This document shows positions 5,762 through 13,549 of a DNA stretch of 29,873 nucleotides, piece by piece. The notes under the pieces were generated by a model, which did not search any database, was not told the DNA's origin, and saw only the letters and a program-made list of their open reading frames with translations. The stretch spans positions 1 to 29,873 of the forward strand of contig JAZDHK010000008.1 in the NCBI GenBank assembly GCA_043806035.1, written 5' to 3'. The position numbers and the translations under genes are program-made. Position 1 is the stretch's first letter, and each line of letters begins with the position of its first letter. This DNA comes from an archaeon. Its GTDB lineage: Archaea; Nanobdellota; Nanobdellia; Woesearchaeales; UBA9642.

Positions 5762-7546
5762 ATGGAAGGAGAACATCTCGCATCATGGGCATTCGAGGCA
5801 AGCTGGGAAGTCTGCAACAAAGTGGGCGGCATTTACACTGTAGTCACGAGCAAAGCGAACCAGATGATGCACTATTACGGCAGTCAATACGTCACCGTCG
5901 GACCATACATCATAGACAGGATTGCCGGAGAATTCGTCGAGGAACTATCACCTCCTGCCTTCAAGGATGCATTCTCAGTGTTGAAAGCGCAAGGCATACA
6001 CTGCCACTGGGGCAAGTGGCTCGTCAAGGGGCAGCCGAACACCATACTCATTGATTTTCAGGAATTCACCACCCAACTCAATGCGTACAAAGGGCTCATG
6101 TGGGAAAAGTACGGCATAGATACGCTCGGCACGCAATACTTCGATTACGACCAGCCGTTCATCTGGAGCATCGCTGTAGGAAAGCTCATCGAGGCACTAG
6201 CAGACAAGCTTCCGCCAAAAATAGTCCTGCACTGTCACGAATGGTTGGCAGGAGCGGCCATCCTGTACATCAAACAGGCACGACCAGACATCGCTACCGT
6301 TTTCACGACACACGCGACCATTCTCGGCAGGACGTTGGCAAGTGCCCAGAAAGATTTGTATGACTTGCTTGACAAAATAGACCCTGTCAAGGAAGCGTAC
6401 TCGTTAGGCATACAGGCAAAGCACCTCACGGAGATGAAAAGTGCGCAACTTGCAGATGTCTTCACTACCGTTTCCGAAATAACCGGCATGGAGGCAGAGA
6501 AGTTCTTGTTGCGCAAGCCCGACGTGCTGCTCCTTAACGGACTCGACTTCAGCAAATTCCCCACGTTTGAAGAGATAACCATCAAGCATTCGCTCTACAA
6601 GCAGAAGATGAAAGAATTCTTGGTGTCGTACTTCTTCCCCTACTACAGTTTCGACCTTACCAACACGTTGTTCTTCTTCATCGCCGGCCGATACGAGTTC
6701 AGGGACAAGGGCATCGACATTTTTATCAACGCATTAGGCAAACTCAACGAGCAGCTCAAGGAAGAATGCTCTGCAAAGACTATCGTCGCATTCATCTGGG
6801 TGCCCGCGGCCATACGCGCCATACGCCATGAACTGCTTGAGAGCAGGACTTTTTACACGGACGTCATCGAGAGTGTCGATGAGAACTTTGACGATATCCG
6901 CCTGCAGATTCTGCACAGCCTCGTCGTAGGGACAGATTTACGAGAGAGCGATATGTTCGATGAGCAGACACGCGACGACATACGGAAGAAAGTCCTCAAG
7001 TTCAAGAAGAAAGGGCTGCCGAGCCTGAGCACGCACGAGCTCAGTAACGAATACGGGGATGACATCCTCAGGACGTGCGCTGCGCTGGGCCTGCACAACA
7101 GAAATGAAGACCGAGTAAAAATCATCTTCTATCCCATCTATCTCACTGGTGCGGATGGATTGCTGGACTTGAACTATTATGAGAGCATGATGGCCAGCCA
7201 CCTCGGCATATTTCCGAGCTATTACGAGCCCTGGGGCTACACTCCCCTCGAGGGGGCAGCGCTTGGCGTCTCCAGCATAACGACTGACCTTGCGGGATTC
7301 GGCAAGTACGTCCAGACGTTGGGCAAGGACACCAAAGGCGTTTTTGTTCTTAACCGCCTGCACGTCAACGAGAAGGAGGTTACTGCACAATTGTCTTCCT
7401 TCATGTTCAATTACTGCCACCTTACGAAGGAAGAGCGTATCAACTACAAGCTAGAAGCGAGGAAGATCGCTGCGCAATGTGACTGGAAACGGTTCGTGCT
7501 CAGCTACATCAGAGCGCACGATCTTGCGGTGGAGAAGGTGCGCTGA
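5762..7546 (+). CDS. eukaryote-type glycogen synthase, glycosyltransferase family GT3
   Basis: 594 aa with collinear blocks highly reminiscent of yeast/animal glycogen synthase: SWEVCNKVGGIYTVVTSKA, HCHEWLAGAA, VFTTHATILGR, ADVFTTVSEIT, LFFFIAGRYEFRDKGIDIF, GIFPSYYEPWGYTPLE, and DWKR near the C-terminus. GGTGA SD lies upstream. Confidence 0.85.
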   Translation: MEGEHLASWAFEASWEVCNKVGGIYTVVTSKANQMMHYYGSQYVTVGPYIIDRIAGEFVEELSPPAFKDAFSVLKAQGIHCHWGKWLVKGQPNTILIDFQEFTTQLNAYKGLMWEKYGIDTLGTQYFDYDQPFIWSIAVGKLIEALADKLPPKIVLHCHEWLAGAAILYIKQARPDIATVFTTHATILGRTLASAQKDLYDLLDKIDPVKEAYSLGIQAKHLTEMKSAQLADVFTTVSEITGMEAEKFLLRKPDVLLLNGLDFSKFPTFEEITIKHSLYKQKMKEFLVSYFFPYYSFDLTNTLFFFIAGRYEFRDKGIDIFINALGKLNEQLKEECSAKTIVAFIWVPAAIRAIRHELLESRTFYTDVIESVDENFDDIRLQILHSLVVGTDLRESDMFDEQTRDDIRKKVLKFKKKGLPSLSTHELSNEYGDDILRTCAALGLHNRNEDRVKIIFYPIYLTGADGLLDLNYYESMMASHLGIFPSYYEPWGYTPLEGAALGVSSITTDLAGFGKYVQTLGKDTKGVFVLNRLHVNEKEVTAQLSSFMFNYCHLTKEERINYKLEARKIAAQCDWKRFVLSYIRAHDLAVEKVR

Positions 7547-8511
7547 TGCTCGAGCTTCGAAAAGACTACCTTGTCGACGAGTATGTCATCATCGCGACGG
7601 AACGTGCCAAACGCCCGGAGCAGTTCAAGGAAATCATCGAGCTTCCATCGAAGAAAGAGACCTGTCCTTTCTGTCCTGGCAACGAAAGCCAGCTGCCCGT
7701 CATCCTCCAAGAAATACGTTATGAAGGCAAGTGGAAGGCACGTGCAATTCCCAACAAGTTCAAGATCGTCGAGCAGACAGGCAATCCTGACTTCCACACG
7801 GACAATACGTTCTTCACGTTCGCATCAGCCTACGGCTTTCACGAAATTATTATCGAGAGTCCTCACCATGATGAGGAGCTCGAGCAACAATCGGTTGCTG
7901 GAATAACCGATGTGCTGAAATTGGCAAGAGCGCGTTTTCGTGAGCACATGAGCAAGCAGAACATCCGCAGCGTCGTCCTCTTCAAGAACCGAGGCAAGAA
8001 AGCAGGAGCAAGCATCAGCCACGGCCACATGCAATTATTGGCGTACAATCACGTCTCTCCCTTCCTTCGGGAGCAGCTGGAAAAATTCTATGAGTTCTTC
8101 CTCAACACGGAACGCTGTCCTTACTGTGACATTGCTGCCATCGAAAAAACAAGTTACCGCCGCGTCCTTGATTATGATCATTGTGTTGCCTTCACGCCGT
8201 ACGCGAGCAGATTCCCTTTCGAGGTGTGGATTAGCCCCAAACGGCACGTCACCTCCTTTGCTGACATGAACGATGAGGAGTGTGACTCGTTGGCTGCAGC
8301 GCTCAAGTACATCCTCTCGAGGCTGAACACGCTCAACACACCACCGTACAATATTGAGTTTGTGAGCGCTACTGCGCAAGAGCCCTACCATTTCCACGTC
8401 CGCATCACGCCCAGGCTCACGACGTGGGGTGGCTTTGAATTAGATACCATGACTATTGTCAACCCCGTCTCCCCTGAGGACGCGGCGAAGTTCTACCGCG
8501 GGGAAGCGTAA
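7546..8511 (+). CDS. GalT-like HIT-superfamily nucleotidyltransferase (galactose-1-phosphate uridylyltransferase / NDP-glucose phosphorylase family)
   Basis: 321 aa. It has the zinc motif CPFCPGNE, a histidine-triad-type SISHGHMQLL (H-x-H-x-Q), and a second half-domain with CPYC. The start overlaps the GT3 stop (TGATG at 7544-7548). Confidence 0.8.
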   Translation: MLELRKDYLVDEYVIIATERAKRPEQFKEIIELPSKKETCPFCPGNESQLPVILQEIRYEGKWKARAIPNKFKIVEQTGNPDFHTDNTFFTFASAYGFHEIIIESPHHDEELEQQSVAGITDVLKLARARFREHMSKQNIRSVVLFKNRGKKAGASISHGHMQLLAYNHVSPFLREQLEKFYEFFLNTERCPYCDIAAIEKTSYRRVLDYDHCVAFTPYASRFPFEVWISPKRHVTSFADMNDEECDSLAAALKYILSRLNTLNTPPYNIEFVSATAQEPYHFHVRITPRLTTWGGFELDTMTIVNPVSPEDAAKFYRGEA

Positions 8512-8565
8512 CTTAAGAGATGCCGTTTTCAGAATTCATTTAAACTAACGCCCATTTCTGCATTC

Positions 8566-9417
8566 ATGGATGCCCCGCCAGTATATGCGCAGTTGGACAA
8601 GGACTTCATCAAGCAGGGTATGCATGATGACTGGTTCCCGTACATGGAATCTATCGCGGAATTCATCAGCGATAGCTTCAAGAAAACATCTATGGGACTC
8701 GTGTGTGATTTTGCAAAAGACATAACGCGCGTGTACACGGCAGTCTTTCCCTCTGCAACGGTCATGCAGTTCCTCATCGACAAAGACGCTCATGACGCCC
8801 TACTCTTCTTGCACCACCCTGCGGTCTGGGATATCAGAAAAGCTCCTGATGTCTTCGAGCAGATGCGGCCAGACTTGCTGCAGCAGTTCAAGGACAAGCG
8901 CATCGCCATCTACACCTTGCATGTTCCTCTCGATGATTACGGAGCATACTCGACAAGTGTTACCCTGGCAAAAGCGCTCGGCATACTGCCGGAAAAAGCG
9001 TTCGCTCCCTATTACGGAGCGCTTGCAGGAGTCTTCGGCAAGACAGCAGCAACAACCGTCCATGACCTGCAAAATATCTTTTCAGAAGCAGTGCATCATG
9101 CTGTCAGCCTCTATGCGTACGGCAGCGCTGCAATCGCTGATGGCAGAGTCGCGGTCGTTGCGGGAGGAGGCAATGACATCGAAATGCTGCAAGAAATCGC
9201 TCAAGTAGGCATCACTACATTCGTGACGGGCATAACGGCAAAGAACAGCCACTCACAGGCTGCGCACGACTTTGCAAAAGCACATGGCATCAATCTCTTA
9301 GGAGGTACGCATTATTCTACAGAACGATTCGCCTGCCAAGCAATGTGCTCGTATTTCTCGAAAATGGGATTGCCTGCCGAATTCATCCCTGATATTCCCG
9401 TCATGGAAGATGAGTGA
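8566..9417 (+). CDS. NIF3/YbgI-family dinuclear-metal-centre protein
   Basis: 283 aa with HHPAVWD, YTLHVPLD and GGTHYSTERF motifs typical of NIF3 (GTP cyclohydrolase I type 2 family). A CATTTAAAC box lies 25 nt upstream of the ATG, suggesting a leaderless transcript. Confidence 0.8.
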   Translation: MDAPPVYAQLDKDFIKQGMHDDWFPYMESIAEFISDSFKKTSMGLVCDFAKDITRVYTAVFPSATVMQFLIDKDAHDALLFLHHPAVWDIRKAPDVFEQMRPDLLQQFKDKRIAIYTLHVPLDDYGAYSTSVTLAKALGILPEKAFAPYYGALAGVFGKTAATTVHDLQNIFSEAVHHAVSLYAYGSAAIADGRVAVVAGGGNDIEMLQEIAQVGITTFVTGITAKNSHSQAAHDFAKAHGINLLGGTHYSTERFACQAMCSYFSKMGLPAEFIPDIPVMEDE

Positions 9418-9485
9418 CGATAACAAGATAGATATCACTTTTTAGTGGCAAAAAATTTATAAGTGTGAACGCATGTCCCTCCTGT

Positions 9486-10226
9486 ATGATGCCTGAATCG
9501 GAAAGCAAGAAACTCAAAAAGGGACTCGGCCTTACGAGCAAAACAATCTTCGATCTCGCTGATGCCGAGCTAGAAGCCGAGAATGAACGCTTAGATGTCC
9601 AACTCAAACAACTTGAAGAGACGGTGAAAGACGCCATACTTGACGTCCTCTATAACAGAGCTTCTGCGGAGCAAGACCTTGATGCGTATTTTCCCGTGCA
9701 GCTTTCGCTCCTCCAGAAAATCCATACCAAATATGAATTGCAGAAGACTGCCACACAACAAGTACAGAACATCACCGTCGATAAGCAAATGGACCTCGAC
9801 CGCGCATTGTCGTTCGCCTCGCCGCTGCAGAAAGAATGGGGGTTGTACAAGCTGCGCATGAAATTGCGGATGCAGTGCTGGAAACAAGGGAGAGGCCTCA
9901 AGACCTGGATCCAGGATACCTGGATGCAACTGCACAGCGAACTTGAAAAGACACTCATCACTGCAACCCATTTCGCATACGGCCTCGAATGGTTCAGTGA
10001 ACTTAAAGAACGCATTCCCGACAAGTATCATGCTGACGTCGATACCTGCGTTAACGTATTGCAGGATATCGACTACCTGCGCAAACTGCAGGCGTATGCG
10101 ATTGGCAACTCTATTCGCAGCTACGAACGCCTGATCACGGTCATCGCTCCTAACGTACAGTTGCAGGACATGGGCTTTATGCGAGACGTCCAAAAATGGC
10201 TGCGCAGTGACGATGGCTATACGTGA
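9486..10226 (+). CDS. hypothetical all-helical protein (about 246 aa)
   Basis: TTTATAAG box at 9456-9463 is centred about 26 nt upstream of the ATG at 9486, so I prefer that leaderless start over the GTG at 9465. The composition is coding-like and helix-rich. I recognised no family. Confidence 0.55.
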   Translation: MMPESESKKLKKGLGLTSKTIFDLADAELEAENERLDVQLKQLEETVKDAILDVLYNRASAEQDLDAYFPVQLSLLQKIHTKYELQKTATQQVQNITVDKQMDLDRALSFASPLQKEWGLYKLRMKLRMQCWKQGRGLKTWIQDTWMQLHSELEKTLITATHFAYGLEWFSELKERIPDKYHADVDTCVNVLQDIDYLRKLQAYAIGNSIRSYERLITVIAPNVQLQDMGFMRDVQKWLRSDDGYT

Positions 10227-12080
10227 TTACACGTCCTGCTTTAGTTCTTCCATCAGTTCAATGAACAACGCTGCGCTCCACGTCTGCGAGAGGCAGCCGC
10301 GAGAAGAAAGCTGCGCGGCATCACTGATCTCTGCATGCTGTCCTATGCATCCAAAGAAGAGGATCTCGTTCGCGGACGCGTCAAGTATTTTCTCGATGTA
10401 TGTTTTGTATTTTTCCTTGTCCAGCCGGTACATGCATAGTGCAGCGAGATTGTTGATCCAGAACCAGGAATCCCCCCGATGATAGCTCAGATTGTCCATT
10501 CCTGTGTGGTAGTTCTGAAAGGAAGGGTGCTGCTTGTCAATAGTCGAGAGCCCACCCCATTCCAGCCAAATCTTGCTCAACACCCAATCGAATACGGTTT
10601 TCCATTCTTCCGCTGCGAGCAGTTCAGGAGCAAGATAGTATGCAAGAAAAATGTTCGGTCTTGCAGTAAAATCGTCCTTGCCATCAGCAAGCATGCCTTT
10701 CTTGAAAAAATGCTGCCGTATAACCTGCACGAGCGGGTTTTGCTCTTGCACGTTCTTCTTCTTCGTATTTGCAAGAAGGTCATCCAAGAATGTTTTGAGT
10801 GCGTGGATGCGCAGCCATAACGCTTGTACCTCGATACGGACGCCGTTGCGCGGATCATTGCCTTCATCCGTGTCTATCCACGTCTCCTTACGCTCATTCT
10901 TGAGCAGTCCATCCTCATCACCATAGCTCATACCCATCCGCGCGATGATCTCGTCAATCTTTTTCTGCAAGGTCACAAGCTCCTGCAGCGTGTAGTAACT
11001 GTCAATTTTTTTCATGCACTGCAATCGCAAAAGAAAATCATGCAGCCTCGTGCACGCCCACCCCACACCATCCGCGCTGGCAAGAGCGCTTGCAGGGAAT
11101 CTATTGGGGATTCTTCCGTCCTGCAGGACGATACTGAGCTGCCGATCAAGAATGTCCTTCACCACATTGTTTTTGTGCATGAGCATCAACGCTTTTGTCG
11201 CGATGGACTCATCCCTCGCCCAGAACTGGTAGAACCAGGGCAGCCCTGCGTACAGGCCGTGTGCGCTCTTCGTGATGATGTGCATGCTGTTCAGCTGATT
11301 CAGGCAGCAAGCGTAAGCTGATGCGAGAAGCGGATCCTTCACCGTGAGATAATTAGTCCCTATACTGGTGAGCAGCTCCTTCTGATGTTTCTTCTCGGAG
11401 AACTTGAGACGGGTCTTGACAATGGTCTTTATTGCTTCTTCCTTCTCATGGTCTGCAGCGATGCAAAGTGTCTGCTCATCAAAAAAATCAAGCAGGTGGA
11501 AGACGTAATAGTCAGCAGTGCATTTCCGCAACGCATCGTACGGGTAGTGCCGCTGCTCCCAGTTCTCAATGACCGAATACTTTTTCAGGCCAGAGATGAC
11601 GACGTAGTACGTGTAGGCGAGGTGCTGCATGCCCTGATCCGTATACTTGAGATACGTTATGATGAGCAGGTCTTCCTTGTTCTTCGTCTTGATGTACTTG
11701 CTCAACGGTTCTGTGGTGACTTGATACACTCGCCCCCAATGCTCTATGGTCTCTGTAGGTCTGCAGTCCAGGACGATGCTGCCCTGTGCAGCATTCGTCG
11801 TGTAGATGAGCGTCTTGTCCTGCAGCACGAACGACTCCTTCCTGCCGTCCTTGCTGCGTTCGATATTGTACAGGTTGTTCTTCACCGTGTCGCTACTTGC
11901 GCCTATGCTCTCGATGCTCTTGAACAGCGACCAGCCGTGCTCGTTATCATCGCGCATGAACAGTCCGCAGTAGCTGCTGAACGGCTCACCGCCCTGCATA
12001 AAATAATCGCCCTGCCTATCGGTAAGCAGGAATACAGAATTTCCCTCACCTTCTTTTTGCAAGTGAATGACGTTAGTCAT
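10227..12080 (-). CDS. glycogen debranching enzyme-like protein (amylo-alpha-1,6-glucosidase / GDE_C family)
   Basis: 617 aa. GLPWFYQFWARDESIA and YHRGDSWFWIN match the two signature regions of the (alpha/alpha)6 GDE_C domain. The start overlaps the upstream gene by 8 nt. Confidence 0.8.
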   Translation of the reverse strand: MTNVIHLQKEGEGNSVFLLTDRQGDYFMQGGEPFSSYCGLFMRDDNEHGWSLFKSIESIGASSDTVKNNLYNIERSKDGRKESFVLQDKTLIYTTNAAQGSIVLDCRPTETIEHWGRVYQVTTEPLSKYIKTKNKEDLLIITYLKYTDQGMQHLAYTYYVVISGLKKYSVIENWEQRHYPYDALRKCTADYYVFHLLDFFDEQTLCIAADHEKEEAIKTIVKTRLKFSEKKHQKELLTSIGTNYLTVKDPLLASAYACCLNQLNSMHIITKSAHGLYAGLPWFYQFWARDESIATKALMLMHKNNVVKDILDRQLSIVLQDGRIPNRFPASALASADGVGWACTRLHDFLLRLQCMKKIDSYYTLQELVTLQKKIDEIIARMGMSYGDEDGLLKNERKETWIDTDEGNDPRNGVRIEVQALWLRIHALKTFLDDLLANTKKKNVQEQNPLVQVIRQHFFKKGMLADGKDDFTARPNIFLAYYLAPELLAAEEWKTVFDWVLSKIWLEWGGLSTIDKQHPSFQNYHTGMDNLSYHRGDSWFWINNLAALCMYRLDKEKYKTYIEKILDASANEILFFGCIGQHAEISDAAQLSSRGCLSQTWSAALFIELMEELKQDV

Positions 12081-13086
12081 CCTTATGTATACCGTACGTT
12101 ATTTCCGAATTATCTCCAATGTTCACTTCTGTATAATGTCCTTTGATGACTGCTTTGCTGCCGACGATGCTGTCGTGGAGCACGGCATCGTTGATGACGG
12201 CAAGGTCATTGATGATGCTGTTGTGGATGATGGCATTCTCGACGATCGCGCCGGCTGCAATGCTCACGTTCGGCCCGATGATGGCGTTCTTGATGATGAC
12301 ATTTTTTTCGATGAATACCGGCTTGAGGATGATGCTGTTGTGTGGCTTGCTCTTGACATTGCTGTTGTTCTTGAGCAACGCTTGGTTCGTGCTCAGCAGG
12401 GTCTCTGCAGTCCCGCAGTCCAGCCAGAATTCTGCGTGTTCCACGAGGAGTTTGTGGTTGTTGTTGATCATAAGTTGGATGGCATCGCTCAAGTAGTATT
12501 CGTTCTTGGTCATGATCTCGTTGCTGATGATGTAGTCGATGCTTTCGAACAACGCTTTTGCCTGTTTGAAATAATACCAGCCGATGATGGCTTCATTGCT
12601 TATGGGCGTGCTTGGCTTTTCTACTATTTTTGTTGCGTACTTGCCTTCCTTGATCACGACGCCGAACCGTTCGGGATTGGGCACTTCCCTTACCCAAATG
12701 ATGCCATCTGCCGAGATTTTGTTTCTGGAAACTTTGTCAATGATGCTAAAATCCCCGTCAAAGATGGTGTCCGCAAAGACGATGCCTATCTCGTCCGTGT
12801 CCTTGATGTACGGCTTTGCCAGCGAGACAGCATGCGCATTGCCTTTCTTCTCTTTCTGCTCAACGAACGTTGCCTTGAACGAATAATTCTTGGTGATGAA
12901 CTTCTTCACGTCCTCCTGAAATTCTCCCACGATGAAGATGACTTCCTCAAACCTGATTCTTTTGTACCTGTCGAGAATGTGCGCGAGTAATGGTTTGCCT
13001 GCAACATAGATTAATGGCTTTGCTCTCGTGTACGTGTGCGGCAAGAGGCGGGTTCCTTTGCCTGCCATGGGAATAATTAGCTTCAT
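12073..13086 (-). CDS. sugar-1-phosphate nucleotidyltransferase with a C-terminal left-handed beta-helix (probable NDP-glucose pyrophosphorylase)
   Basis: The N-terminus MKLIIPMAGKGTRLLPHTYTRAKPLIYVAGKPLL carries the G-x-G-T-R-L signature. C-terminal hexapeptide repeats read NVIIKNAIIGPNVSIAAGAIVENAIIHNSII. GGGGTGGTGG SD lies upstream. Confidence 0.85.
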   Translation of the reverse strand: MKLIIPMAGKGTRLLPHTYTRAKPLIYVAGKPLLAHILDRYKRIRFEEVIFIVGEFQEDVKKFITKNYSFKATFVEQKEKKGNAHAVSLAKPYIKDTDEIGIVFADTIFDGDFSIIDKVSRNKISADGIIWVREVPNPERFGVVIKEGKYATKIVEKPSTPISNEAIIGWYYFKQAKALFESIDYIISNEIMTKNEYYLSDAIQLMINNNHKLLVEHAEFWLDCGTAETLLSTNQALLKNNSNVKSKPHNSIILKPVFIEKNVIIKNAIIGPNVSIAAGAIVENAIIHNSIINDLAVINDAVLHDSIVGSKAVIKGHYTEVNIGDNSEITYGIHKDD

Positions 13087-13119
13087 ACCACCACCCCTGC
13101 AAGTGCAATACTCTCCTTG

Positions 13120-13127
13120 TTTATAAA
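13120..13127 (-). promoter_or_regulatory. TATA box (TTTATAAA) for the nucleotidyltransferase-debranching operon
   Basis: About 37 nt upstream of the ATG at 13086, with a G-rich SD in between. Confidence 0.5.
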
Positions 13128-13141
13128 CATTATGAATAAGA

Positions 13142-13149
13142 TTTATAAA
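13142..13149 (+). promoter_or_regulatory. TATA box (TTTATAAA) for tRNA-Gly
   Basis: Centred about 28 nt upstream of the tRNA 5-prime end at 13174, 22 nt from the divergent TATA at 13120. Confidence 0.55.
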
Positions 13150-13173
13150 AGAAACAACATCTCAATGACTCGT

Positions 13174-13275
13174 GCGTCGGTGGTCTAACGGTTAGGACTT
13201 CAGCCTTCCAAGCTGACTATCCGGGAAGTGCCGCTGAGGGCTCGGTGCTCGGAATTTCAAATCCCGGCCGGCGCA
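13174..13275 (+). tRNA. tRNA-Gly(UCC) with a 30-nt non-canonical intron (13226-13255) between positions 53 and 54
   Basis: Hand-folded cloverleaf. Acceptor GCGTCGG/CCGGCGC, D stem GTCT/AGAC-type, anticodon stem TCAGC/GCTGA, loop CTTCCAA. T stem CCGGG (13221-25)/CCCGG (13263-67) and T loop TTCAAAT (13256-62). Discriminator A, and no encoded CCA. The intron forms a BHB motif (see findings). Confidence 0.85.
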
Positions 13276-13282
13276 TAAGCCC

Positions 13283-13549
13283 TCAATATTTGAATCTTCT
13301 TTCATACTCTTTGTGCGAAAACCATTCAAGAATGATACTGACGAACACTATGCCATCGCTCTCTATGGTGTACGGTAAGCGCCACGCATTTGGCAAGTCA
13401 TACTTCCACAAGTTCGTTACCTGATATTCTTTTGGCCAGAGACGTTTGGGAATTTTTGTTCCGCATGTTGAATTCTGTTTGAGATCAGAGATTGCTCGGG
13501 TTATGAAGTGATAGAGCTGCTTCTCGTCATACGTGCCGTGCTGCTTCAT
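13283..13549 (-). CDS. RelE/ParE-superfamily-like toxin (88 aa)
   Basis: The C-terminal half LWKYDLPNAWRLPYTIESDGIVFVSIILEWFSHKEYERRFKY resembles the RelE/ParE/YoeB-type pattern (..R..Y.I....i.il.i..H.eY.r.F). Small size and a 4-nt ATGA overlap with the upstream small gene fit a type II TA layout. Confidence 0.55.
   Translation of the reverse strand: MKQHGTYDEKQLYHFITRAISDLKQNSTCGTKIPKRLWPKEYQVTNLWKYDLPNAWRLPYTIESDGIVFVSIILEWFSHKEYERRFKY

Noticed and set aside
10217-10230. ACGTG-ATTA-CACGT inverted repeat formed by the abutting convergent stop codons (TGA/TTA) of the 9486 gene and the debranching enzyme
   Set aside because: The stem is only 5 bp and lacks a T-run, so it is likely coincidental rather than a bidirectional terminator.
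12067-12990. 307-aa plus-strand ORF with a striking D/V-rich repeat (DDAVVEHGIVDDGKVIDDAVVDDGILDD); also 11385..12146
   Set aside because: The repeat is the mirror image of the hexapeptide (left-handed beta-helix) repeats of the nucleotidyltransferase on the minus strand. It is not an independent repeat protein.
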